The notes beneath the pieces are model-generated. The model was given only the letters and a program-made list of their open reading frames with translations, was not told the origin of the DNA and did no database searches. From a virus, in IMG/VR virus record IMGVR_UViG_3300048592_000616, positions 9,424 through 73,423 of that record: a stretch of DNA of 64,000 nt; one strand, given 5' to 3'. The position numbers were made by a program, and so were the translations under genes. Positions 37,527-47,400 of the stretch are shown in pieces (positions within the stretch are counted from its first letter, which is position 1; the number at the start of each line of letters is the position of its first letter).

Positions 37527-37937
37527 ATGCAATATGTGACCGTAACCAACCCGACCGATGGCCTGCTGATGCTGGCCGGGGCGTATCTGTTCCCCGGCGA
37601 GTCGCGGGCGGTGCATCCGGCGCTGGCCGCGCAGGCCCTCGCCGACAGCCCCGCCCTGGTCATCGTGGACGCGGAACCATCTCTGGCTGGGGAGCCGGAA
37701 GACACTGACGGCGACAAGACGGCCGATGACAAGACGACCGACGACGAGACGGCCGACGACGAGACGGCCGACGACGAGACGGCCGACGACGAGACGGCCG
37801 ACGAGAACGCGCCGGAGTTGACGGCGCTGGCGTCGCTGTCGAAGGCGGAGCTGGTCGTGCTGGCCGAGGAAAAGGGTCTCGAGGTCGGCCGGGCCACGAA
37901 GTCGGAGATCATCGAACTGATCGAAGCGGCCGAGTAA
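37527..37937 (+). CDS. Head-associated protein with acidic repeats and C-terminal HeH/Rho-N-like motif
   Basis: DETAD repeats; LSKAELVVLAEEKGL...TKSEII. Confidence 0.65.
   Translation: MQYVTVTNPTDGLLMLAGAYLFPGESRAVHPALAAQALADSPALVIVDAEPSLAGEPEDTDGDKTADDKTTDDETADDETADDETADDETADENAPELTALASLSKAELVVLAEEKGLEVGRATKSEIIELIEAAE
37713..37802 (+). repeat. 15-bp coding tandem repeat (6 units)
   Basis: GACGAGACGGCCGAC x4 exact plus 2 degenerate units. Confidence 0.9.
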
Positions 37938-37949
37938 GCAGGTCTCTCT

Positions 37950-38603
37950 ATGACGACCCTGACGGCATTGACAGCGCAGTTGGCGGCGAGTGTCCCGGCG
38001 AAGGGCGGGGTGCCGACGACGGCGCAATACGAGCAGGCGATCAAGGATGCGGCGGCCGATCTGGGCCGCCGCTGTCCGCGTCGGCTGGTCGGCGTGCTGT
38101 CCGTTGTGCCCGGCACGGCGACGTATGCCCTACCGGCCGGGTTCCGCAAGATGATCCGGCTCGACCGCCTGACGGGCGGCACGGTCCGGCGCGACGCCTC
38201 CGGGATGCTGGTGCCGTTCTCGATGTCCTTCACCGAGGATACGGTGATCGACAACGGGCAGATCACGTTCTTCCCGACGCCGCAATACACGCTGGATCGC
38301 CAGTTCATCTACATGGCCGGGTTCCCGTATGACGGCGGCAGCGACGCCTTTCTCGGCCTGCCCGACGACTACGAGGGCGCGCTGATGCTCAAGGCGCAGG
38401 CGGTGCTGCTGCGGCAGATGGGCAACGGCTCGGCCGGTGGCTTCGCCTACCAGATCGGCGACGTGCGGGTGGACAAGAAGGACGCGGGGTCGTCCTACAG
38501 CACCCAGGCGGCGACGGCCGAGGATGCGTACCTGGCGGCCGTGGCGGCCATCAACGGCAAGGTCGGCGTGCGCGGCGACTACCGGCCCGAGGAGTACCTA
38601 TGA
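37950..38603 (+). CDS. Head-tail adaptor/connector protein
   Basis: Position; YQIGDVRVD motif. Confidence 0.6.
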   Translation: MTTLTALTAQLAASVPAKGGVPTTAQYEQAIKDAAADLGRRCPRRLVGVLSVVPGTATYALPAGFRKMIRLDRLTGGTVRRDASGMLVPFSMSFTEDTVIDNGQITFFPTPQYTLDRQFIYMAGFPYDGGSDAFLGLPDDYEGALMLKAQAVLLRQMGNGSAGGFAYQIGDVRVDKKDAGSSYSTQAATAEDAYLAAVAAINGKVGVRGDYRPEEYL

Positions 38604-38923
38604 CGCTGACGGCGCAGGACCTGGCGACCATTGCCGACGATGTGGCCGCCATCGTCGATGAGTACGGCTTCATGGCCGTCTCGCGGCGCGGCGGGGTGAC
38701 GATGCCCGCCCAGAAGGTGCGCGTGGCACTCTCCGGCCCCGGCGGCCGCAAGGAGGGCGCGTACACCCAGCAGGCGATGGCCCAGGCGACCATTGTCGGC
38801 GCGGCCGGTCTGGACATTCAGGTGGACGACGTCTGGCTGATCAACGACGCGCGCTATCGGGTGGTATTGGTCCACCCGGATCGGCGCGCCTTCGTCCAGG
38901 CGCAGGCGGAGCTGGAGCAGTAG
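38600..38923 (+). CDS. Head closure protein
   Basis: Position; DIQVDD...RYRVV beta pattern. Confidence 0.55.
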   Translation: MTLTAQDLATIADDVAAIVDEYGFMAVSRRGGVTMPAQKVRVALSGPGGRKEGAYTQQAMAQATIVGAAGLDIQVDDVWLINDARYRVVLVHPDRRAFVQAQAELEQ

Positions 38924-38925
38924 CA

Positions 38926-40326
38926 ATGGCGAGCATGCTGGATCGCATTCGCAAGGTGCTGGTCAGTGGCGAGTCGGTCCCGCCCAACACCAGCCGGGAG
39001 ATCAGCCCGCCCCACCGGCCGTCGTCGCTCTACGAGCAGTTCGCGGCGGCGCAGGGCCGCACGGCCGTGATCCGCGAGTGCCGCGAGATGTACCAGACCG
39101 ACCCGCGCGCCAAGGCGGCGCTGACGGCCCTGGCGCGGGATGTGGTCAATAGCGGCTTCGGCATCACCGTGACCGAAGGCCCGCGCGCCGAAGAGGCGCA
39201 GCAGATAGCCATCGACACGATCCGTCGCCTGCGACTGGAGCGGGAGCTGGCCCGGTGGATACGGATGACGGCCAAGGAGGGCGATACGTATCTGGAGTTG
39301 GGCATCAGCCGCGACGCGGAGATCGTCGAGATCACGCGCAAGCCGACGCTGCAGATGGTCCGTCTTAGTGATGAGTTCGACCGCTTCCCTGACCCGCTGC
39401 AGGCGTTCGCCTGGGGCGACACGATGACTATCGCCGTCGGCCGTGTGCCCGACGATGCCGTTGTGTTCCCGCAGTTTCTCATCGTCCACGCCCGCTGGGA
39501 CCATGACACCAACAGCCGCTACGGGTCGCCGGAATTCGAGTCAGCGCTGGGCGCGTGGAAGCGGGTGCGCGAGGGCGAGCGGGACGTGGCCGTGCGCCGC
39601 AAGACGCGGGCCGGGGTGCGTTACCAGCACTCGCTCATCGGCGCGTCACTTGAAGAGGTGGAAGCCTACAAGGAAGCGAACCGCGACGTGCTGGACGCGC
39701 CGTTCGCGGCCGTGGCCGACTATTTCAACAATTTCGACGGCGGCATTAAGGTCATCGAGGGTGACGCCCGGCTGGGGGAGATGGGCGACATCGAGCACCA
39801 TTTGCAGACGTGGTCGGCCGCGTCGTCGGTGCCGCTGGAGCTGCTGGCCTACGGCGCGAGTTTGAACCGCGACGTGCTCGGCGACAAGCGCGAGCAGTAC
39901 GCCGAAACCCTGGCGCAAATACGCGAGTGGGCAGCCGATGAACTCATTCTGCCGATCATCGAGCGGCAATGGCTGCTGGCGGGCATTCTGCCGGAGAGCT
40001 ACACGTACAGCGTCAACTGGCCGCAGAAGGACACCATGACGCCGGAACAGTGGAAGGCGCTGGCCGAGGCGACGCAGGCGATGCTGTTCTCCGGTTGGTC
40101 ATGGGAGGCCATCTGGGCCGCCGTCTCGCGGTATCTGCCGCCGACGATGACCCTGGAGGCCCTGCGCGGCGAGTTGCCGGCCACCCCCGCCCCTGATGCC
40201 GACCCGGCCGATGATGACGCGGCCGACATAGAAGCGACGGCCGAGGCGATGCGGCTGGCTCACCGGGACACGACCGATGCGGTCAACGCGCTTGTGACGC
40301 GGCTGGGGGAGGCGTTCGGTGTTTAA
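38926..40326 (+). CDS. Portal protein
   Basis: 466 aa; GDTYLE, IVHARW...RYGSP, VPLELL motifs; followed by the minor head gene. Confidence 0.8.
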   Translation: MASMLDRIRKVLVSGESVPPNTSREISPPHRPSSLYEQFAAAQGRTAVIRECREMYQTDPRAKAALTALARDVVNSGFGITVTEGPRAEEAQQIAIDTIRRLRLERELARWIRMTAKEGDTYLELGISRDAEIVEITRKPTLQMVRLSDEFDRFPDPLQAFAWGDTMTIAVGRVPDDAVVFPQFLIVHARWDHDTNSRYGSPEFESALGAWKRVREGERDVAVRRKTRAGVRYQHSLIGASLEEVEAYKEANRDVLDAPFAAVADYFNNFDGGIKVIEGDARLGEMGDIEHHLQTWSAASSVPLELLAYGASLNRDVLGDKREQYAETLAQIREWAADELILPIIERQWLLAGILPESYTYSVNWPQKDTMTPEQWKALAEATQAMLFSGWSWEAIWAAVSRYLPPTMTLEALRGELPATPAPDADPADDDAADIEATAEAMRLAHRDTTDAVNALVTRLGEAFGV

Positions 40327-41311
40327 CACGGCCGTCAGCCCCATCTCTGCCCACGGCGGCCCGGCCACGCGCCGGGCGCTGGCGCTGTATCTCGAGGATG
40401 CGGCCGCTGTGGAGCGTCGTCTGGCGGTGGACGCGGTGTTGCCGCGCTTCGAGAAGCAGGTTGCCCGATGGTTCATGGCCCAGGGCCGGACCGTCGTCAA
40501 GGCGCTGTCTACGATGGCCGACCGCTTTGACCGCAACGCGGCCGAGGTGGCCGCCATGCGCGGTGTCCTCGACGAGCAGGCCGGGTCAGACGTTCGGCCG
40601 CTACGGGAGGACCTGAGTCCGGCCGAGTGGGAGTTCCTGCTGGCGCAAGCGATGTTCGAGGACTATCCCGACTGGCTGGCCTGGCCGGACAACACGCAGC
40701 CCCCGCCCGGCAGCCCATCGGCGCTGAGCGCCATTCTGGTGGGCTTCATGGCCGCCGCGTTTTTGTCGGGGGCGGAGTCGGTAGTCATCGGCTCGCCGAT
40801 AGCGCAGATCGACACGCGGTTTGGCTTCGGCTCGGACGACGCGCAGGCGTACGCCCGCAACCGGGCGGCCGCGCGGGTGACGGGCATTAACGAGACGACG
40901 CGGGCTGAGCTGAACCGGATGATCGCCACGGCCGTTCGCGAGGGCGCGGACTGGAAGAAGCTGGGCAAGCAGATCGAGGGTAAGTTCGCCGACTTCGCCG
41001 GGCCGCCGCTGTTCCCGTCCAAAAAGTTCCGCAGCCGCGCCCAGGCCGTCGCCGCCTACGAGATCGGCGACGCCTACGAGGGTGGCCAGTGGGCGCGCAT
41101 TGAACGGCAGCGCGCCCTGGGCGATGCGTTCGAGAAGAAGTGGCTTAATGCCGGGGACGGCAAGGTTCGCCCGGCGCATGTGGTCAACGGCCGGGCCGAC
41201 TGGGTGCCGATGGACAACGCCTTTCCGGGCGACGGGGCCATGCGGCCGCCGACGGACCCCGGATGCCGCTGTACGCTGATCTGGCGACGGGTGGTCGCCG
41301 GGGCGGGGTAA
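40319..41311 (+). CDS. Minor head protein (Mu gpF/SPP1 gp7-like)
   Basis: INETTR, KKWL..GDGKVRPAH, PGCRC. Confidence 0.8.
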   Translation: MFNTAVSPISAHGGPATRRALALYLEDAAAVERRLAVDAVLPRFEKQVARWFMAQGRTVVKALSTMADRFDRNAAEVAAMRGVLDEQAGSDVRPLREDLSPAEWEFLLAQAMFEDYPDWLAWPDNTQPPPGSPSALSAILVGFMAAAFLSGAESVVIGSPIAQIDTRFGFGSDDAQAYARNRAAARVTGINETTRAELNRMIATAVREGADWKKLGKQIEGKFADFAGPPLFPSKKFRSRAQAVAAYEIGDAYEGGQWARIERQRALGDAFEKKWLNAGDGKVRPAHVVNGRADWVPMDNAFPGDGAMRPPTDPGCRCTLIWRRVVAGAG

Positions 41312-41313
41312 CG

Positions 41314-41544
41314 ATGTCGGTGACGATCATGATCGACGACCAGTACGCAACTGTTCACCGCCTGGAGTGGTCCGGCCCGCCGATACTGCGGGCGCTGTTG
41401 CAGGCTACGACGGCCGACGCCGGATGCTTTGAGGGCCGCAGCGACGCCGACCGCGCCGCGGCCGATGATGCGGTGCTGTACTTCCAGACGATGGGCTTTG
41501 AGGCGTCGGTCGTCACCGAGGAGGACATCCCGTGGCTAAATTAG
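41314..41544 (+). CDS. Hypothetical protein
   Basis: ORF between head and tail-completion genes. Confidence 0.45.
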   Translation: MSVTIMIDDQYATVHRLEWSGPPILRALLQATTADAGCFEGRSDADRAAADDAVLYFQTMGFEASVVTEEDIPWLN

Positions 41545-41924
41545 GCAACGGTGGCGTAACCATCGAGTGGACGAAGACGCCGGAGATGGCGGCCGCGAAG
41601 GCGCGGCGCATCGGCGAGGCGATGAAGACCGGGGCCTACCGGGCGATGGTTGACATGGCGCGCGAGTCGGAAGCGTGGATGAAGGAGAACCGCTCCTGGA
41701 ACGACATCACCGGCGATGCGCGCAAGGGTCTTATTGCCGCCGCGGACCGGATCGGGGACACGACGACGCTTCTGGTCATGGGGCACCAGGTGAGTTACGG
41801 CATCTATCTGGAGAAGGCCCACGGCGGCCGGTATGCCGTCATCGTTCCGGCCGTTTACTGGACCATCCCGCGCTTGCAGGACAAGTTGGCGGGTGAGTTG
41901 CGGAGGGCGCTGGGTGGCATCTAA
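41532..41924 (+). CDS. HK97 gp10-like tail completion protein
   Basis: W.D.TG.AR..L, H.VSYGIYLE..HGGRYA.I.P. Confidence 0.75.
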   Translation: MAKLGNGGVTIEWTKTPEMAAAKARRIGEAMKTGAYRAMVDMARESEAWMKENRSWNDITGDARKGLIAAADRIGDTTTLLVMGHQVSYGIYLEKAHGGRYAVIVPAVYWTIPRLQDKLAGELRRALGGI

Positions 41925-42333
41925 CGCTGACCGGATCGCCGATGTGCTGCGGGCCGATGTGGACCTGACGGCGCTGCTGGACGGCGGGATACACCGCAAG
42001 TCGGAGATCACGCGCCAGAACGCGGCCGACGCCTTTGATGACTTCGGTCAGATCAAGGGGACGGCGCTGGTGAAGTCGGATGGGGAGTTCCCCGCTGGAC
42101 CCGGCGGCCGGGCGGCCGTGGAGGGGGTCTCGGTCTATTTGTACCACCGGGACAACCTCGACCTGCTGGGAACGGCGCTGGAGCGGGTGCTCGCGCTGGT
42201 GGACCGGACGCAGATCGTCGGGGCCTTCTTCGAGGCCCGCACGTCGTATGTGTCCGGCGAGTTGGAAGACCAGGCGCTGGGCTGCCCGATGCGCCAGGTG
42301 CGGTTTGACGTCACGAAGTCAAGGTGGCGCTAA
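41914..42333 (+). CDS. Tail terminator-like protein
   Basis: Position and size; RBS GGAGG, GTG start. Confidence 0.55.
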   Translation: MASNADRIADVLRADVDLTALLDGGIHRKSEITRQNAADAFDDFGQIKGTALVKSDGEFPAGPGGRAAVEGVSVYLYHRDNLDLLGTALERVLALVDRTQIVGAFFEARTSYVSGELEDQALGCPMRQVRFDVTKSRWR

Positions 42334-42394
42334 TTTTTGCCCGGCGCGGTTGCAGACGGTTGCGGCGGGTGAGTAGAGCGAACGGGAGAACGAT

Positions 42395-42730
42395 ATGGCA
42401 AGGACAGCGGTAACAGTGGAATTGATGCCCACGGCCGGGGGCGCGGCGACGTATACGGCCGCCAACGCTGACGGTCACAAGGCGGTCTGGTCGAAGGACC
42501 TATTTTTGCACGTGAAGGCACCGCAGAACCGGGCGATCACCATCTTGACGCCGGGGATGGTCGATGGGTTGGCTATCGCCGACCGCGTCGCCACGCCGGT
42601 CCCGGTCGGGGGTGAGTTGTTCATCCCGCTGGGGCGGTCGGCGTATGTCCAGGCAGACGGCTACGTCTACTGGGACTACGACGCGGTGACCTCGACGACG
42701 GTGGCTGTGCAGCGGCTGGGAGTCGGCTAA
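42395..42730 (+). CDS. Virion structural protein (hypothetical)
   Basis: Beta-rich; VDGLAIADR, YVQADG motifs. Confidence 0.55.
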   Translation: MARTAVTVELMPTAGGAATYTAANADGHKAVWSKDLFLHVKAPQNRAITILTPGMVDGLAIADRVATPVPVGGELFIPLGRSAYVQADGYVYWDYDAVTSTTVAVQRLGVG

Positions 42731-43188
42731 TGGCTGGCAAGAAGCAAGACAAAGACACGGTGTTGGTGCGCGCGGCCGTGGGGCCGTGGGTCCGCATGGT
42801 CGGCGAGTACGAGTTTTCGGAGGCGACGGGCTGGGTGCAGGCGGTTGACCTGGAGACAGCGGCCAACCTGCTGACCTACCCGACGCCGAACTACTTTCTG
42901 GCGGAGCGGCCGTCGGCAGCCATCCGGCAGCGGATCGCCGACATCCTGGGCATCGGGGTGGACAACATTGTCTGGCCCGCCGGGGGCGGTGAGGCCGAGA
43001 CGAAGGCGGAGCCGCTTCTGCGAGACATCGTCGGTGAGCGTGAGGCCGAGTTCGCGGCGCTGGGAGTGACGTCGGTTCCCGCGCTGGCGGCGTTGGACGA
43101 GGAAGGGATCGAGCGGTTGGCGACCGGCAGCGGGGCCAGCCGGGAAGAGGTCAAGGGCTGGGTCGCGGAGGCGGCCGGTCAATTATAG
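42730..43188 (+). CDS. Hypothetical protein with C-terminal HhH-like motif
   Basis: IVGEREAEFAALGVTSV..LA. Confidence 0.55.
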   Translation: MAGKKQDKDTVLVRAAVGPWVRMVGEYEFSEATGWVQAVDLETAANLLTYPTPNYFLAERPSAAIRQRIADILGIGVDNIVWPAGGGEAETKAEPLLRDIVGEREAEFAALGVTSVPALAALDEEGIERLATGSGASREEVKGWVAEAAGQL

Positions 43189-43227
43189 ACAGTCGCCACA
43201 GAGCGATGGGGAAAAGGGAGTTGAATC

Positions 43228-43758
43228 ATGGCAAATGCAGCGTACGGTAGTTTTGTGTTCGGTCTGCGTGACCTCAAGGTCACCAACCTGGCCGGGACCT
43301 TGCAGGAGGACCTGCTGGGCGGTCAGGAGTTGAGCTTCAAGCCGGAGTTCCGCGGCGGGGAGCAGTATGGCGATGACCGTCTGTTGTCGGTCATCTCGTT
43401 CATCGTTGGCGGCACGGCCGATGTCACGGCCGGAGCGCTGTCCAGCGCGGCCATGGCGATCATGTTCGGCCGGACGTTGACCGTGGGCGGAACGTCGCCG
43501 AACGAGACCACGACGATGAAGCTGAGCGCGGGCGACAACATGCCCTACTTCAAGTTGTACGGCCAAAGCGTCAGCGAGAACGGGGACGGCCTGCATGTCC
43601 TGCTGGCGAAGTGCAAGGTGATGAGCGGTGGGGCGGTGGAGCTGCGCGAGAACGGCTTCTACTCCCCGTCGTTCTCCCTGCGCGTGGTGGACGACGGCAC
43701 CAACGGCGTGGCCCGCATCATCCAGAACGAGACGGCGACGACGCTGCCGACCAGCTAG
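43228..43758 (+). CDS. Major tail (tube) protein
   Basis: FGLRDLK, YGDD, PYFKLYG, LAKCKV; upstream of chaperone and tape measure. Confidence 0.8.
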   Translation: MANAAYGSFVFGLRDLKVTNLAGTLQEDLLGGQELSFKPEFRGGEQYGDDRLLSVISFIVGGTADVTAGALSSAAMAIMFGRTLTVGGTSPNETTTMKLSAGDNMPYFKLYGQSVSENGDGLHVLLAKCKVMSGGAVELRENGFYSPSFSLRVVDDGTNGVARIIQNETATTLPTS

Positions 43759-43812
43759 TGTAACCGGACCCTGCGCCTGCGAGGGCGCGGGGTCGGGCCA
43801 AAGGGAGCATCT

Positions 43813-44265
43813 ATGTCCGAACGACTGGAAGCGGCCAGGGCGGCCCTGTTCAAGGAGATGGAGGTCCACTTCGGGTCGATCCTGATCCGGCAGGTGGACC
43901 TCCACGACCTGTTGCTGACGGGCGGCATCCCCGTGCCGCTCATCGCGGAGGTGGACGGCAAGTTCAAGGACCTGGCCGACGACGAGCAACGCCTGACGCC
44001 GGAGGCGATCCAGAAGGTCATGCCTTATCTGGATCGGGTGGTCATTGCGGCCGTCGTCGATCCACCGATCACCCAGCACGGCGGCGAGGACAGCCTGCCG
44101 GTCAACGTCTTCTTCGCCACGGAGAAGCTCATCATTGCCGCCGCAGCGACGCCGGGGTCGTCGCTGGGACCTTTTCGTACGGGACAGCAAGAACCTGCTG
44201 GAACTGCACTGGCTGGCGACGACGTATCACCAGCGGCCGAGCCAGATACTGGGGATCACCAATAG
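43813..44265 (+). CDS. Tail assembly chaperone (G)
   Basis: Position between tail tube and tape measure; slippery CCT TTT CGT at 44170-44178. Confidence 0.7.
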   Translation: MSERLEAARAALFKEMEVHFGSILIRQVDLHDLLLTGGIPVPLIAEVDGKFKDLADDEQRLTPEAIQKVMPYLDRVVIAAVVDPPITQHGGEDSLPVNVFFATEKLIIAAAATPGSSLGPFRTGQQEPAGTALAGDDVSPAAEPDTGDHQ

Positions 44266-44428
44266 CTGGGAGGCGTACCAGTTGGACTATGTGACGCTCA
44301 TCACCGCCCAACGCGCCGCCCAGGAGGCGCGGGAGACCCCGCCGTCCGTGGCCGACAAGCGGCCGGGCGAGACGCTGCCTGACGGCCGCAAAGTCGGCAG
44401 TTGGCGCATGTTGGCCGGAGGCGACTAA
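44174..44428 (+). CDS. Frameshift extension of the tail chaperone (GT), +1 frame
   Basis: LATTYHQRPSQILGI...AYQLD; no RBS/start of its own; stops 5 nt before the tape measure ATG. Confidence 0.65.
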   Translation, partial: FVRDSKNLLELHWLATTYHQRPSQILGITNSWEAYQLDYVTLITAQRAAQEARETPPSVADKRPGETLPDGRKVGSWRMLAGGD

Positions 44429-44433
44429 CCACC

Positions 44434-47400
44434 ATGACGACAGTCATCGAAGTTGACGGCAAAATTCGCCTAGACTCCAGCGACGTCGAGAAGGGCGCGA
44501 AGAAGGCCGAGAAGTCGCTGCTGAACATCGGCAAGGTCGCCAACCCCAACCTGGCGGCGCTGGGCCTGACCGTCGGCAGCGTCGGTCTGGCGCTGGGCAC
44601 GGTCGCCAAGGCGGCCGAGATGGCCTACTCGACCATCAAAGAGGGCGCGGCGCTGGAGCTGGCCCGCAGCCGCTTCGACAACCTGACGGCCAGCATCGGC
44701 ACCACGGCCGACTCGCTGTTGGGTAAATTGCGCGAGGCGACCGGGGGCATGATCTCCGATGCCGAGTTGATCGCCTCGGCGACCGACATGATGAACCTCG
44801 GCTTCGCCAAGACCGAGGACCAGGCGGTGAGACTGACGTCCGTCGCGGGTCAGCTGGGCTGGAACATGCAACAGCTAACGCTGACGCTCGCCAACCAGTC
44901 CACCATGCGCCTGGATGCCTTGGGGCTGTCGGTCGAGGAGGTCACCGGCCGCTTCAAGGAGCTAAAGGCTTCGGGGATGGCCGCGCAGGACGCCTTCCAG
45001 ATGGCGGTCATCGAGGCCGGTGAGAAGAAGCTGGAACTGCTGGGCAGCGCGGCCGAGACGTCGGCCGGCAAGTTGCAAAAGTTCGAGGCGGGCTGGGCCA
45101 ACTCGACCAACGCCATGAAGATCGCGGCCGTGCAGTTGGCCGACAACATCGGACTGATCGAGTCATTGAGCAATGTCACGTCGGGCCTGGCGCGTTCCAC
45201 CGGGTTTTCCGATGAGCTGGACCGGGCGCTCCAGAACCGCATCATCACCCTCGAACGCTATGAGGAGCTTCGCAACACGTCGCGGGGGTCGAACATTAAC
45301 CACCGCACCGGCGAGATCATCGACGTCGGCGCGTTTGACCAGCTAGACCTGCTGTACAAGCTGAAAGAGGCGCTCGACAACGCGGCCATCAGCCGCGAGC
45401 GCTACAACGAACTCGTCGAGGCCAGCGCGACGGCCGAGGGCTACAAGGCGGCCCAGCTCGAGGTCGATACGCTGATCATCTTGAAGGCCGCGCTGGACGA
45501 GGCGGCCATCAGTCAGGAGCGGTACAACGAACTGGTGCTAATGGCCCAGGGGGGCAACACCGAAGGCGCGACCCGGCAGCTCGAACTCCAAACGCAGATC
45601 AACAAGCTGTACGAGAACGGCGCTATCTCCCTGGCCGCCTACATCCGCATGACGGCCGGTCTAAAAACCAACACGGCCGCCGTCGCCGCAGAGGTCAGCG
45701 GCTACACGTCGCAGCTTCGCGGCAACGCCGAGGAGATGGCGCACCTGGGCGGGGAGACCCACAAAGCGGCCGGTGAGATATGGGACTGGCGCGAGTACGT
45801 CGGGCAGACGGCCGAAGAGACCCGCGCCTTTGAGGCGGCCCTGGCCGACGCCGCTTTCGCCCAGGAGGTCGTCGCCGCCCGCGCCCGCATGGCCGCCGAG
45901 GCCGTCACCGCGCTGTCGGTCGCCTTCAACTCCATTTCGGCCGACTACATGAATGACCTGCCCGGCGCAGACGACCCGCTCGTCACGCCGGAGCGGCAGG
46001 TGTCCTTCGTCGTCGCCGGGCCGACCAACGACCAGACAGCGCTCCTCCAGGAGTACCAAGACCTGTATGACAAGGCGGCCGACAAGGTCCGCGACCTGAC
46101 CAACGGGATCGGCACCTTCGGGATGGAGCAGGACAAGGTCAACGATGCCCTCGAAGAGGCCAACGCCGAGATGGCCTACTACGGCGGGCTGATGGAGCCG
46201 CTGCGCTCCATCCCGACCGAGGTCGGCACGGCGCAGCAGGGCATGACGGTCAACGTCAACGCGGCGCGGACGGCGCTCTTCGAGCAGGCGCAGGCGGCCG
46301 GGGCCAACGCCCCGGCGCTGGTAGCGCTTGGCGTCGCCACGGGGCAGATGACCGAGGCCCAGGGCGAGGCGGCGCTCAAGGCGGCCGCACTGTTCGCCCG
46401 CATCCAGGAGCTAGGCGTCCTCATTGCCGGGGGCATGTCCATCGACGTGGCGATGAACCTGCTGGACTCGTTTATTGCCCAGATGAACGGTGAGTTCATC
46501 CCCACGACCGGCGACATCCCGCCCGCCATGGCCGACGCCAAGGAGGCCGTGGGCGAGTTTGGGGACTCGGCCAACGACGCCGAGGAGGACACGCGCGGCC
46601 TCAAGGAAGCCGTCGATGAGTACAACGGCACCGAGGCCACGGCCTACCTCTACCTGGACGACGACAAAGCCTGGACCGACCTCGATACGCTCAACGCGGC
46701 GCTGGAGGCTTACGGTCACTCCAGCTATACCGCTTACCTGGACACAGTGGTCAACCCGCCGAACAACAATGGCGGCGGCGGGGGCGGCGGTGGGGGTGGG
46801 ACCGGCGACGATCCCGACCCGGTCCGCGACGACCGCAGCGTCGGCGGCGGCAAGGGGGGTGCCAAGTCGCCCATCGCGCAGTACCGGGAGCTAGGGCGGG
46901 CGCTGGGCGCGGCGATGGTTGGCGGGATCGAGCGGGAGTTGGTGGACGGGCAGAACACCGTCGCCAAGCAGATCGTGGCCCTGGGTAACAGCGCCAGTCG
47001 CTTGTTCAACAGCTTCATGAGCGCCATGCCGGACCTGTCGCCGGATATCGACAAGGCGTCCGACGCTTTGCAGACGGCCGTGGACGCCCTCGCGCCGTTC
47101 TGGAGCGATACGGTCATCGACAACATCAATGACATGGACCCGGCGCAGGCGGCCGAGGCGCTGCGTAACCTGCGGGCGCGCAGCGTCTACCAGAACAACC
47201 CGGAGGCCAAGCGACGACTGGAGGAGGCGATCCGGCTGGCCGACGAGCGCAACCGCCTGGAGGCCGAGTACGCCGAACAGCAGAAGAAAATTCTCGAATA
47301 CCAGGAGCGCCAAGCGCAGCTTTCCTTCCTGCAAACGCAGCTGGAGCTATTGCAACTCATCCGGGACAACGGCCTGGACGCCAACATCCTGGCCGGGTTG

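Noticed and set aside
37713-37802. 15-bp tandem repeat as a regulatory array or CRISPR
   Set aside because: In-frame and encodes an acidic DETAD linker
35264-38308. 1014-aa minus-strand ORF and other long antisense ORFs (26900-28474, 15405-16544, 10226-11209)
   Set aside because: Shadow frames of high-GC3 plus-strand genes; no motifs or RBS
43813-44428. Canonical -1 XXXYYYZ slippery site in the tail chaperone
   Set aside because: The downstream extension is in the +1 frame relative to the chaperone
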